Shown in pieces: positions 26,683 to 40,245 of a stretch of DNA of 64,000 bases. The notes under the pieces are model-generated. The model made no database searches. It was not told the origin of the DNA and saw nothing but the letters and a program-made list of their open reading frames with translations. Position 1 is the first letter of the stretch; the number at the start of each line of letters is the position of its first letter. Source of the DNA: Eledone cirrhosa (taxonomy: Eukaryota). The position numbers were made by a program, and so were the translations under genes. Where the stretch lies: assembly GCA_964016885.1 (NCBI GenBank), contig OZ024743.1:275032001-275096000 (forward strand). The letters run 5' to 3'.

Positions 26683-27185
26683 CACATACATACATACTTA
26701 CAAACATACATACATATTTACAAACATACATGCATACATAAATACATACATACATACATACATACATACATACATACATACATACATACATACATACAAA
26801 CATACATACATACATTAGATAATTATGGTTTGAATAACTTTAAACATGTATGTTTCCTTTATTGGGGTCTATCTTGAACACACCATCACCCCTGCTGCCA
26901 TATCAACAACAGGAACAAGATCATATAAGTGCCATAACTGAAAGATCCGATTTCTACCTAGTTTGGTGTGTATCAGTTTCCGGACATATATCCAGGTTAA
27001 TCAATGGCACTTTAGAATTAAAATGAAAGCAACATCTACAATATTTCCTAGGGAAGTATAAACTGGACTAGGTTACCCGTTGCCTTTTCCATTGAACTCT
27101 TTATTAAAAGCAAATATATTTATGATAGATAGGTGTAATGAACCACACAGATCAAGAGATATACACATATAATGGTCTGCTTATG

Positions 27186-27560
27186 TTACCTGCTCAAAAC
27201 TTGACCAGTTCATAACGTGACTTACTCATAATGTCTCCTGCTTCTAACGTGACCTGTTCATTGTTCATAATGGGACCTGCTTTTAACGTAGCCTGCTTGT
27301 AAAGGGACCTGCTCATAACGTGCCTTATTCATAACGCGACATGTTCATTGTATGACCTGCTCATAACGTGACTTGTTCATATTGTGACTTATTCATAATA
27401 TAACCCTCCATAACATGACCTGCTCAAAACATGACTCGTTCATAATGTGACCTGCTCACAATGTGATTTGCTCATAATTTGACATGCTCGTAGTGTGGCC
27501 TGCTTATTATGTGACCTACTCATAATGTAATCTGTTCCTATCGAGACAGGCTCATAACAC
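27186..27560. repeat. Degenerate 16-bp minisatellite (consensus GACCTGCTCATAACGT)
   Basis: Roughly 23 diverged tandem units, no unique spacers. Confidence 0.8.
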
Positions 27561-27794
27561 TACTTCTACATTAATTTAACGTAACACTTGTAAAAGCTTT
27601 GAACACGTTGACCAGTTCAAGATTTTAGCCGTGATAAACTACGTATGTGATTCGGGGATGACCTGCCGTTACAATAAGACGGAATCAGTGGGACATCCCC
27701 GAAACAAAATAATTCCTCAATTTTTTATTTTCTATTATCCGTTTGGGTTCGCCAAAATCCTGTTCTCTTATTTAACTAATTCTGCTATTAACAC

Positions 27795-27978
27795 CTGATG
27801 AAATCGCCTGCGTCTTGCATCATATTCGACGAGGAAGCTGTGCCGTTGAAATATGTATATTGTTTTCGCGGAATTCAAATTATAAAGTTTCCAGTCCGGC
27901 CTGCTGTAGTTGTTTTTAATGAACATTTTCACTTCGTTCCTGCACCAGCCACTGGATACCACATCTACGAGGGATGAT
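27795..27978 (-). other. Candidate host exon (184 nt), product unknown
   Basis: ttatgcag|...open frame SSLVDVVSSGWCRNEVKMF...RRRRFHQ|gtgtta; non-repetitive composition; no homology recognised. Confidence 0.3.
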
Positions 27979-28100
27979 CTGCATAACGTTGAGTGTTTTA
28001 ATTTATTGCATCATCGTTTAATAACCAGAATCACAAGATCCCCCCATTGGTAAACAATGTAATATAAAGGTACACATATATATATATATATATATATATA

Positions 28101-30706
28101 TTGGAAAATGTGTGTGATCCTTGGTACAGTTAGGTATATTAAGACAGGGGGGAAGAAAAAATGGCTTCACTTGTGCTTTCAACAAATTTATTTTCTTCAC
28201 AAAATCCAAAAAGAATTTTTTTCCGGATTAGAAAAAATTTTTTTCCTTAGAAAAAATTATTTTATAAATTAAGTTGTTGGTTGTTGGTTAGGAGTTCTTG
28301 GTTAACGTAGGAGGTATTGTTTCGTTTTTAGCACGACCTTTCACGCTGAGGTGCGCTTGTCAAACTGATGTGTATGTGGTGTGTTGTTCTATAGGAAAAT
28401 CACTAAAAACGAAGAAAGGAAATCGAGGAACCAAATAGGCAAACTAACAACAAAGTACCAAAACAACCTAACACCAAAAGAAGTAGATTACCTAACCAAC
28501 TTCGAAATGAAAACCAGCAATTTCTATGGATTACCAAAAATTCACAAATCCATAGAAATCCAAAACAACATAAAAGGGAAAAATACATCATACATCGAAG
28601 CACCAAAACCGACAGACTTAAAATTACGCCCCATTATTGCTGGCCCAGCCTCAAGCACACAACGTCTAAGCAACCTATTAGACATCATACTCAAACCCCT
28701 ATGTAAAAAAGTTCCAAGCTGCATCAGAGATGATATGGAATTCCTTAACTATATCCCCCCAAAAGTACACCAGGATACAATCCTAGTCAGTTTTGATGTA
28801 ATAAGCCTGTACACTAACATCCCACACGACCTAGGGATTGAAGATGTGGACTTCTGGATTACAAAACACTCAAGTCACATTTCAGAAAGATTCCCCAAAG
28901 AATTTATCTTGGAAGGACTTAAATTAGTATTGGAAAACAACCACTTCCTCTTTGACAACGAACTTTATCTACAAATAAAAGGAACAGCCATGGGTACCAA
29001 AGTGGCCCCTACATATGCAACGCTCGTTATGGGTCACTTAGAGGCAAAATTATATTCACAACTACAGATAACATTCAGTCACGACTTCGCCTTCTACATT
29101 AATAAAAACTGGAAACGTTACCTAGATGACTGCTTCATCTTCTGGAACAGAAGCCAAACAGACCTACAAAAATTTTATTCGATCCTAAACAGGCTTCATG
29201 AAGCTATACAATTCACTAAAGAAGGGGAAAATATCATAACGGACCTATTTTGCAAACCCACTGACACACACCAATACTTAAATTTCCGGTCAGCACACCC
29301 CTCACATACGAAAAGGAACATCCCCTTCAACATGCAAGGCGCATCTGCACTATAGCAACACACCCCGTACTACAAGAAAAAAGATTATGTGACCTGAAAA
29401 AATTCCTTAAAAAACAAGAATACCCGATGAAACTCATCAACGCAGCCATCTCCAAGGCTAAGAACATCCCAATAACAACACTGAGAAAACCAAACCCACA
29501 ACATAAAAAAGAAAACCCTGCTATCTCTTTTGTCATCACTCACAACCCAGGGAACATCAACATTGTGAAAACTGCTAAGCAGTATCTCCCGATTCTACAG
29601 CAATCTACCAAAATGAATGCACTCTTAAAAAACACAGATAATTTATAGCAGACGCCAAACACCCAAACTTAAAAAACTAATTACCAAGGCAAAATTTACG
29701 ACCAACATGGAATCAATGCAAGTGACGAAATGCGGGGACCCTAGATGTGGAACCTGTGAACTCATCGAAGAGGGCAAACAGTTGTCCTTCAAAAACCATG
29801 ATAATTTCAAGGTCAATGCTAACATGAACTGCAAAACGAAAAACCTAATATATTGCGCAACATGTCCACAGTGTAAAGAGTATTACATTGGGGAAACCGG
29901 AACGGGATTACATGATAGAGTCCGGGTACATAAACAACAAATTAAAGACCCCACAGTCAGAAATACCACATGTAGCGCATACTTTGCATCATGCGGGAAG
30001 GGAAAATTCACAATCTTCCCTTTCTTCAAGATATGGTCGGATAACGAACATTTCCGCAGATATAAAGAAGAATTCTTCATTGAAAAATTTAAACCACTAC
30101 TGAACACGAAAAAATGAATTAACACTCGGAGGTAAAATTCCATTTCACTACCCCCCCCCCCCTCTTCTTATGTATACACATGAATATCTGAGTGAACGGT
30201 AAGACACACACATATGTGTGTGTGGGTATGTATGGATGTATGTACGTGTGGGTATATATGTATGTGGCTGTGTGTATGTGTGTGTGTGTATATATATGTA
30301 TGGATGTGTGTATGTTTGTATGTGTGTGTGTATATATATATATATATATGTATGTGTGTATGTGTGTATATGTATGTATATGTATATGTATGCATGTGTA
30401 TGTTTGTATATATATATGTGTATATATATAGAGAGAGAGATAGATATATATGTTTATATGTGTGTGTATGTATATGTATGTACCTATATATATGTGTGTG
30501 TGTGTATGTATGTGCATATATGTATATATGTGTGCACATATGTGTATGCTTCTGTATGTGTATATGTATGTATGTATGTAGATGTATGTATATATATGGA
30601 TATATATATATATATATATATGTATATATGTGTCTTTATGTGCTCGTGTGTACACATATATATATGTATATGTGTATGTGTGTATGTATGTGTGTGTGTA
30701 TGTATA

Positions 30707-30751
<45 letters not shown>

Positions 30752-30804
30752 GTATGTGTATGTGTGTATGTGTGTATGTATGTACTTGTATGTGTATGTG
30801 TATG

Positions 30805-30873
<69 letters not shown>

Positions 30874-30964
30874 ATATATATGGATATATATGTATGTGTA
30901 TATGTATGTATATGTGTGTATGTGTCTGTATGTGTTTATGTGTACATATATGTATATATATATG

Positions 30965-31019
<55 letters not shown>

Positions 31020-31193
31020 ATGTGTATATATATATATATATGTATGTGTGTATGTGTGTGTGTGTGTGTACACGTGTGTGTGTGTGTGTGTGTATGTGTG
31101 CGTGTATGTGTATATATGTATATTTAGTTATGTATCTTTATGTGTGTATATGTATGTATGTGTTTGTATGTATGTGTATGTATATGTATATAT

Positions 31194-31227
<34 letters not shown>

Positions 31228-31288
31228 ATTTGTGTGTGTGTATATATGTGTATATGTGTGTATATGTATATGTTTGTGTATATATGTT

Positions 31289-31356
<68 letters not shown>

Positions 31357-32131
31357 CATGTGGAGGTATGAGTACATATTCGTGTGTGTACGTATGTGTA
31401 TATGTGTTTTTATATGTGTCTCTACATGTTTTTGTGTATGTATGTGGATGTATTTGTACATGGGTGTGTGATTGATGGTGTGTGCCTATATATTCCTACA
31501 TATGCCCGTGTGTGTATGTACGTATATACGCACATATGTGTGTGTTGAACAAAGGACTAATTTTGGGATGGACGTAGAAAAATTCTTCAGAAAAAAAGAA
31601 AAAAAATTATTATTCACAAACTTGAAAGGTGCGATTTGCCTGTGACCATTCTCAACACAAAAGCAATGCTAAAAGCTTTTTTCCCCTGAATAAAGGAATT
31701 TTTCGAGAATGACCGGGGCAGGCCGCACTTGCTACATTTCTCCCCACCCAACCCTACTCTCCGTCTCAACTCATTCCTGCTATTAACACTTTTTCAACAC
31801 ACCTACACCCATACACTTATTAAAGGGGGAGAAAAGAAACCCCCACCACACCACAGACATGTTAAATCCCTATATATAGAACAACACACCACATACACAT
31901 CAGTTTGACAAGCGCACCTCAGCGTGAAAGGTCGTTCTAAAAACGAAACAATACCTCCTACGTTAACCAAGAACTCCTAAGACCTAACCAACAACCAACA
32001 ACTTAATTTATAAAATAATTTTTTCTAAGAAAAAAAATTTTTCTAATCCGGAAAAAAATTCTTTTTGGATTTTGTGAAGAAAATAAATTTGTTGAAAGCA
32101 CAAGTGAAGCCATTTTTTCTTCCCCCCTGTC

Positions 32132-32136
<5 letters not shown>
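28101..32136 (+). mobile_element. Penelope-like element (Neptune-type), 5'-truncated, with inverted pLTR
   Basis: Inverted repeat 28139-28393/31877-32135; (TA)n flanks; microsatellite-filled 3' region. Confidence 0.88.
28394..30117 (+). pseudogene. Penelope-like RT + Cys linker + GIY-YIG endonuclease, frameshifted
   Basis: FYGLPKIHK, RPII, SFDVISLYTNIP, GTAMG, RYLDD, KPTD..YL, CGDPRCGTC, NLIY..C..C...YIGET..RV..H. Confidence 0.9.
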
Positions 32137-32190
<54 letters not shown>

Positions 32191-32192
<2 letters not shown>

Positions 32193-32387
32193 CAAAGAAA
32201 CTGTGGTAAGGAACCAGGTGGACCATAACCCACCAGAGTACTCGATACTTAGGGCAGTAGAGTGGATAATAGGAAAAGTTTCAGGACCCCGACGGCTGAG
32301 CTCCGGCTGTTTCGACAGCTAGATCCGAACTGTCGGATCTAGCTGTCGAAACGGCCGGAGCTCAGCCGTCGGAGTCCTGACTCTTTT

Positions 32388-32392
<5 letters not shown>
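32191..32392 (-). mobile_element. Fold-back short element (family also at 42988-43068, 48992-49133, 59302-59471)
   Basis: Arms ~32269-32328/32333-32392 carry the hammerhead 3' half GAAA-CGGC..GCCG-TC; 78-nt tail on the left; (TA)n flanks. Confidence 0.75.
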
Positions 32393-32447
<55 letters not shown>

Positions 32448-32449
<2 letters not shown>

Positions 32450-32605
32450 AGGTGTCCTCAAAGAAATGTATACACACTTTTATTAGAATGCTGTTGAAGT
32501 GTGTATACTATTTGGGGGATATCTTGTATATATATATACAGGATATCCCCCAAAATGTATACAGCATTCTAATAAAAGTGTGTATACATTTCTTTGAGGA
32601 CACCT

Positions 32606-32607
<2 letters not shown>
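32448..32607. mobile_element. Two inverted Tc1/mariner-type MITEs in (TA)n
   Basis: TA|CAAGGTGTCC...GGATATCTTG|TA (32448-32526) and an inverted, internally deleted copy (32539-32607); related fragment at ~10704-10760. Confidence 0.65.
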
Positions 32608-32648
<41 letters not shown>

Positions 32649-32652
<4 letters not shown>

Positions 32653-33812
32653 CATTAACAGAGAAAGCCTTAAGCGATACTCTGACCAACTCCATCTCAC
32701 TCAACAAACATTAGGATATACCTAAGTATTTTCCCAATTTAGTGTTTGGGGTGCTAACTAATCAGTATTTCGTGGATAGCTGGTTGTATTATTTTATATG
32801 AGACATAATTCAATAAATATCTCTTTCCCTCCAGACGATCGTTTCGTTATAAGATTTCTACAATTTGGGATAAATAATTGTTTCTACGTTAGGCACAAGG
32901 CCAGCAATTACCCAGTGTATTACTGGTACTTTATTTTATCGACCCCGTAAGGATGAAAGGCAAATTAACCTCGGCGGGATTTGAACTCAGAATGGCAAGG
33001 GCTGTAACTCTATGCGTCAACGCATGGCGTCCGACCCTCTACCAATACTGCCAATCCACCTTGGGATAAATAATGTCCAGGTTATGTAGAAACTTGTATA
33101 TAATCCATAGTTTTATACACAAGAGGGCTCTTATAAACTCATCAGTGGATGCCCAAATAATATCGATATAAGAATTACATCGACATTAATAGATTAGTGA
33201 TGGTCTCCTTCAGCGCTAAAAAGAGATTGGTAGATTCGAAAACCCAGCAGTCATCTCAAAGATAAAATACATGCTGCCCCCAAGAGAGTAAGGGGAGGTC
33301 ATCTTAAAATATAAAACAATATACACGCTGGTCATTTAAACCTGTTAGGTATTATAACCACGTGTTTAAGAACTCAATTGGATATTAAAAGAATAACTAT
33401 ATGTATACACAATCAATGCACACACAGAGATATTAAAATATAATAAATACATGTATGGACCACCCATATACACACATAGCTATTCCCTAAGGTTAAATCA
33501 AACATGGGATATAATGAAGATCAATCAGTATTTCATATAAAAAATAATAATTGTTTCTACTTTAGGCACAAGGCCAGTAATGACCCAGTGCATTACTGGT
33601 ACTTTATTTCATCGACCCCGTAAGGATGAAAGGCAAAGTCAACCTCGGCGGGATTTGAACTCAGATCGTAAAGGGACGTAACTCTATGCTTCATCTGAAA
33701 ATCATATCCGGCCACCAAGAGTATATATTTAATACATTAACAGAGAAAGCCTTAATCGATACTCTGATCAACTCCATCTCACTCAACAAACATTAGGATA
33801 TACCTAAGTATT
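32649..33812. repeat. 82-bp direct repeat, 1082-bp offset, enclosing two minus-strand SINEs (32876-33060, 33550-33692)
   Basis: 32649-32730 vs 33731-33812, two mismatches seen. Confidence 0.85.
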
Positions 33813-34503
33813 ATATATATACAAGTTGTTGTATGAGCAATTGACATTTTCATTTTATTTTATAAGAAATTCAGTTTTGTATTCACTGCTAGTAATTAAT
33901 AAGAGAGTCAGACACTTAATAAGATAGCGATTTACTTTCCACGACCAGTATTTATTCTGGACAGTTATACGTATGTTATATTATCCTAGAGAGTAAAGCT
34001 AGGAAGTTAAATGTTGTGTGCGCTAGATATGTCAATACCACTAGGCAAGGAAAACAAGCAAGAAACATTATCCCCATAGACACGGTATACAAGCATATAT
34101 GATTAAAGATATGTATTTATGTAATGATAATTAATGGTATAGTTCTAATGTTACAATGATGTAATTATAATGCTGTAATGATATATTTCTAATGATACAA
34201 TGATGTAATTACAATGATGTAATTATTATTGAATGTTGAAACAAATAAAATATTCCATTTTCCTCCCTGTCTCTCCATACACAGATAGTAAATAACTACG
34301 GCAGAATAATGCGTTACTGTGTTTTAGTTGTCAACAACTGTGGGATTTACATGGGTTGAGCTACGATATAATTACGTGTATGCATTTGCTTATACACATA
34401 CGTACAACTCACAGACATGTGCACACATAGACATACATCATATATAGACACACACACATACAAACACACACATACACAAACACACACATATATAAATTTA
34501 TAT

Positions 34504-34553
<50 letters not shown>

Positions 34554-34599
34554 CACATAAGAAACGGAGAATCAGTGGTGCGACGAATTAAAATTTATT

Positions 34600-34696
34600 A
34601 GACATATTACAATCGTTTCTCTGGCGACCGGCTCGAGGCGCGATCGATGCGATGATCGAACCTGACTCTGAAATCGCAAGATCCTCAGATACGTCT
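34600..34696 (-). ncRNA. Type I hammerhead ribozyme with long stem II
   Basis: Minus: AGACGTAT-CTGAGGA-tcttgcga...tcgccaga-GAAA-CGATTG-TA^-ATATGTCT; 8-bp stem I; within a ~180-bp island between (TA)n tracts. Confidence 0.8.
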
Positions 34697-34836
34697 CGAT
34701 TCTTCGAAGCAGAGTTTTAAGCATCCCACACCAATTATATATATATATATATATAGATAGATAGATAGATAGATAGATAATATATATATACTCTTATACC
34801 TGTTCCAGCTATCCAGCTGAGGCCATGCTGGGGTAT

Positions 34837-34954
<118 letters not shown>

Positions 34955-35472
34955 TACGTGCTTTCTCATTTTCTGTAGGACAAGCTCACTATACGCGCGC
35001 ATAATACACAGAACGATAGACAGGTAGAGTGATAATGAAGGAGACTGGAAGAGAGATGAAGATAGAGATAAGAGAGATATACTGTGTGTTTATGAATGCA
35101 GGGGATGTGTGTGTGTGTGTAAAAGACAGAAAGCAAGAGAGAGAGAGTGTCTGAGTGAAGTACCCGCCCAACTAGCCACCGAGACAACCAGACAGTCAAA
35201 CAGACAGACTGAGATAGATCGATAGACGACATTACTAGAGATAAACATAGACATGAGCAACATTAACGGACTTGTAAGTGAGAGTAAAAAATGTTAAGTA
35301 ACGAAATCAACTGACTAAATAAACAAATACTTCCCTCACCTTCCATTGCTCACAACCCCACCACATCATATAAGATTTCTATCAACCACAAATGTCCCGG
35401 AAGTGCCAAGATGCCATTTCTACACCATTTGCCGTCACACGTGACTTTCATTTATACATGATTCTCGTTGCT

Positions 35473-35507
<35 letters not shown>

Positions 35508-36057
35508 TGTGGATGCTATAGTTACATTAGCACGATGTTCTTGTTGCGTCTATCCTGTATGTTGCCAGTTAAATAAATATCATGGTTTCCCAAAGAAAGC
35601 CTAAGAGCACTTAATTCGAGGATGGGAAAAAACGTTTAGTTGTCTTATGTTCTAGTCTCATACGAGCTAACGAGGGGGCACTAAGTAATGAGAAAGGAAA
35701 TAAAAATGAAAGAGAGATATAGAGATATAAAGATTATTTTTTTTACTGTTTAGTCAGTGGGGGATGGGCATTAATCATGACCCCTTTCAGGGCCTTCGAG
35801 ATAGTTAGGGGGTGAAGAGAGGAAGGTATCCTCAAACCGGAGACATGGTTCGAATACTTGTAGCAGAGTGGCCTTTACTAAGGGCCATGTGGTGCTGTTA
35901 AACTAGGGGACGGATTAACTATACAAAGTAGGGGATAGCGGGGTTTGATCTAAAAACGTGAAGAACCCAGAACAAACACAACAAAGCATCGCGGGTGTAG
36001 TAACCTATGGCCGGACCTGTAGGCTTAATGTCCCCTCTGGCACTTTAATCTAAAGTG

Positions 36058-36335
36058 AAGGTACGTAGCCTAGTGGTTAGGTTCCTGACTTAAAATCATA
36101 ATGTCATGAGTTCGATTCATGGACCGAGTTATGCATTGAGTTCTTAAGCGAATCACTTCAATTCACGTTACTCCAGTCCACTCAGCTGAAAAGTAATAGC
36201 GGCAATTGGTGGGAGTTAAACTTGCGATGAACTATCGTTCTGTCCAGAGGAGAGTCTTGTACACTTAGTCGCTTAACGCAAACGAAAACCAGAATAAACA
36301 CTGGTCTGAAGCGTTTCGGGGATTGGGACAGAATT
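36058..36335 (+). mobile_element. tRNA-derived SINE (second family), degenerate
   Basis: tagcctagtggttagg..gagttcgattc..ttcacgttactccagtccactcagctg. Confidence 0.65.
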
Positions 36336-36489
36336 TAATTCTTTTCCAGCTCTTTAATCTTTCACCCAATGCAGTGATAAAAAAGATTACTAGCCCCTAG
36401 TTCTTGTGGAGCTAAGCTTCAGCTTACTCAGCTTTATGAATAATACAGCCTTGCAAGGCATTAGGAGAAATAACAAAAATGAACAATAA

Positions 36490-37570
36490 CGGTTTGTAAT
36501 TTGGATACAAGGCTAGCAATTTGGTGGATAGGAAAAATAGATTAAATAAACCCCAGTACTTCGGGTGTACTTTATTTTATCAACGCCGACAGGATAAAAG
36601 ACAAAGATGACCTCAACTGGATTTGATTTCAGAACATAATGATTTGAACAACTACTTCAAAGCATTATGTCCGACATGCTAACGATTCTGCCAATCCACC
36701 GCCATGTGGTTTCTTACGGGGCATAAGGATAAACATGTTGGGGAAGGGAAAGTCGATTATAACGACCACAGAACATAACTGGTACTTTATTTTATTGACC
36801 TCGGAATGATGAAAAGCAAAGTTGACCTCGGCGAGATTTGAACCCAGAACGTACAGGGCGGTAACAAATACGGCTACATATTTATCCGATGCACTAATGA
36901 CTCTGCCGACCCATCATCCTCAAAATGTGAACTATAATACCTGTTTCTACTTTTAGCAAAAGGCCAGCAATTTGAAGAAAGAGGAAAGTCGATTAAATCG
37001 ACCACACTGAGTTACTGGTACTTTATTTTATGGATCCGGTAAGGATTAATGGCAAAGCTAACCTCGGCGGGATTTGAACTCAGAACGAAAAGGGTCGTAA
37101 CATATGTCCGACGCTCTACTGATACTGCTATTTCACCTCCCTAACTATAATAATTGTTTCTACTTTAGGCACAAGGCCAGCAATTATCCCAGTGCATTAC
37201 TGGTACTTTATTTTATCGACCCCGTAAGGATGAAAGGCAAAGTTAACCGCGACAGGATTTGAACACAAACCGTAAAGGGACGTAACTATGCTGGTAAACA
37301 TGGTGTCCGACCCACCCTCTACCGATACTATAATAATTGTTTCTACTTTTGGCACAAGGCCAGCAATTACCCCAGTGCATTACTGGTACTTTATTTTATC
37401 GACCCCGTAAGGATGAAAGGCAAAGTTAACCTCGGCGGGATTTGAACTCAGACCATAAAGGGCCTCAACTCTTTGCTGCAAAGCATGGCGTCCGACCCTC
37501 TACCGATACTGCCAATCCACCGACAGAAATATGAACAGAGAACTTGAATTCAGAAGGTAAAGAACCGTAA
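36490..37570 (-). mobile_element. Cluster of ~5 Meta-type SINE copies, minus strand
   Basis: Repeated ggcacaaggccagcaatt..ggtactttattttatcgaccccgtaaggatgaaaggcaaag..gatttgaactcag. Confidence 0.85.
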
Positions 37571-37693
37571 CAAAGCAGACATTTTGACCAACCATTGACT
37601 CAACCTATTACACCAGTTCTACTCTCATCTTACTGAGAAACTCCTCGTCGGAGAAATTCAGACAAAACATTGAAGTACAAGATATTTAAAAGA

Positions 37694-38220
37694 ACGACAA
37701 CAACGTCATCACCATCACCCCTATCAACAACAACGCCGCCGCCACTACCATCGTCACCACTAACAACAACAACAACAATAACAACGATAACAACGCCACC
37801 ACCACTACCATCGTCACCACTAACAACAACAACAACAATAACAACAACAACAACGCCGCCACCACTACCATCGTCACCACTAACAACAACAACAATATCA
37901 ACAACAACAACAACGCCACCACCACTAACAACAACAACAACAATAACAACAACAACAACGCCACCACCACTACCATCGTCACCACTAACAACAACAACAA
38001 CAATAACAACAACAACAACGCCGCCACCACTACCATCGTCACCACTAACAACATCAACAACAATAACAACGATAACAACGCCACCACCACTAACAACAAC
38101 AACAATAACGATAACAACGTCATCACCACCACCCCCATCATCAACAATAACAACAACAACTTCCCCACAACTACCACTGTCACCACTAACAACAACAACA
38201 ATAACAACGCCACCACCACG

Positions 38221-38265
<45 letters not shown>

Positions 38266-38390
38266 ACGACAACAACAACGACAATAACAACGACCACGAC
38301 GAGAAAGAGGTGGTGGAGGAGGATTTTGATAATAATAACGAGGATTATGACGATGGTGATGATAAGGATGTTGATGATGATGATGATTAA
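37694..38390. repeat. Higher-order triplet repeat (~60-bp ACA/CCA units) grading into (CAA)n/(GAT)n
   Basis: Repeated acgccaccaccactaccatcgtcaccactaacaacaac. Confidence 0.85.
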
Positions 38391-38644
38391 TAATTTTGGA
38401 ATAGGGAGTTGTGATCGATTTCAATGTGTTCTCTCAGAAGAGATCTCAATATAGAATCAATCAAGGAATTCTATCACATGTTCCAGTTCGCTTAACATTC
38501 ATGGATTAGCGAGTAATTTGGGACATTTCTCCGCTTGGCTAATCTATCCTTCTAATGGCTCCTCAATTCCCTACATCCGCCCATCTCTCCCTCTAGCAAT
38601 AAGAGAAACTCTTATCAATCTTGTTGTTATTAATATTATTAAAC

Positions 38645-39350
38645 GCGGTGGATTAGCAGTATCAGTAGAGGGTCGGACGCCATGCTTTCCAGCATAGAGT
38701 TACGTCCGTTTATGTTCTGAGTTCAAATACCGCCGAGGTTAACTTTGTCTTTCATCCTTACGGTGTCGATAAAAGAAAGTACCAGTAATGTACTGGGATA
38801 ATTACTGGCCTGGTGCCAAAAGTAGAAACAGTTATTAATATTATGGTGGTGAGAGGAAAGTGGATTGGCAGTATCGGTAAAGCGTCGGACGACATGCTTT
38901 GCGGTAGAGAGTTACGACCCCTCATATTCTCAGTTCAAATCCTGCCTAAGTTAGCTTTGCCTTTCATTCTTACGGGGTCGATAAGTACCAGTAATACACT
39001 GGGGTTGCTTTAATCAATTTTACTCTTCCGTTCAAATAGCTGGCCTTGTGCCAAAAGTAGAAACAATTACTATTAGGAGAGTGGATCGGCAGAATCGGTA
39101 GAGCTTTGAGGTATTTGTTTTGGTTCTTTAATCATTATTTGCCTTTCATCCTTACGAGGTCGATAAAATAAATACCCAGTAATGCACTGGGGGCGATTTA
39201 GTCGACTTTCCCCTTCTCTTCAAATTGCTGGCCTTGTGCCAAATGTAGAAATAATTATTATTATATAACGTTGAAAGAGATAGAAGGCTAAACAATTCAA
39301 AATGGACTGTAAGATGAGGTAACGAAAAGTAAAACTAAGTTACCTGGTAA

Positions 39351-39393
<43 letters not shown>

Positions 39394-40245
39394 TGTTGGG
39401 GAAACAAAAATTACCAGGTAACTTACTTTTAATTTTCATTACCTCATCTTACAGTCCATTTTGCATTGTTTAGCCTTCTATCTCTTTCAACGTGATATAT
39501 CATATACAATGCTTCAAGCAAACTATCTATAATATTCTATTAATTATTATTATCATTATTGTAAGACCGATGGATTGGCAGAATCATTAGTGCGGCATTT
39601 GTTCTGGTTCTTTACATTCAAACATATCAACTTTGCCTTTCGTACTTCTGGGGTCGATGAAAGGAGATACTAGTAAAGTATTGGGGTTGATATAATTGAC
39701 TTCCCATCCACACAAATTGCTGGCCTTGTGCAAAAATTGTAGTTCAAAATAATTGTTTCTACTTTAGGCACAAGGCCAGCAATTATCCAGTGCATTACTG
39801 GTACTTTATTTTATCGACCCCGTAAGGATGAAAGGCAAAGTAAACCTCGGCGGGATTTGAACTCAGATCGTAAAGGGACGTAACTATGCTGGAAAGCATG
39901 GCGTCAAACCCTCTACCGATACTGCCAATCCACCAGTAGTTCAAAATAATATTATCAGGATTTTATTAAAAAAACTAAAGAAATTGTAGTTCAAAATAAT
40001 CCTGATAGTATTATTTTGAACTATATTATTATTATAGCAGTTGATTGGTAGAAGCGTTAGAGCGCCAGGAAATATGTTTCGTGTATTTATTTCAGCTATT
40101 TATTTGCTGAGTGCGAATCCCGCCGACGTCAAATTCGCTTTTCATGAGTTACAGGTCAATAAAATAAAGTACCAGTCAAGTACTGGTGCCAATATAATCG
40201 ATTTCCGTTCTCCATAAAATTACTGGTCTTTTGTCTAAATTAAAT
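38645..40245. mobile_element. Cluster of Meta-type SINEs, mostly plus strand; one minus copy 39754-39935 with 15-bp TSD
   Basis: Plus copies ~38645, 38860, 39078, 39565, 40035; GTAGTTCAAAATAAT at 39739-39753 and 39936-39950. Confidence 0.8.
39268..39493. repeat. ~90-bp inverted repeat with (GTTTT)n spacer
   Basis: Arms 39268-39359/39402-39493. Confidence 0.85.

Noticed and set aside
27186-27560. 16-bp repeat as a CRISPR-like array
   Set aside because: No unique spacers; degenerate tandem minisatellite.
28394-30117. Selenoprotein-encoding Naiad-type PLE
   Set aside because: The endonuclease is C-terminal with a Neptune-type Cys linker, and the interruptions are frameshifts rather than conserved in-frame TGA.
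37630-38424. Mucin-like Thr/Pro ORF (205 aa) and its Val/Leu-rich antisense ORFs
   Set aside because: Triplet-repeat expansion open in several frames on both strands, absent from the paralogous segment at ~50890, with no ATG or signal peptide support.
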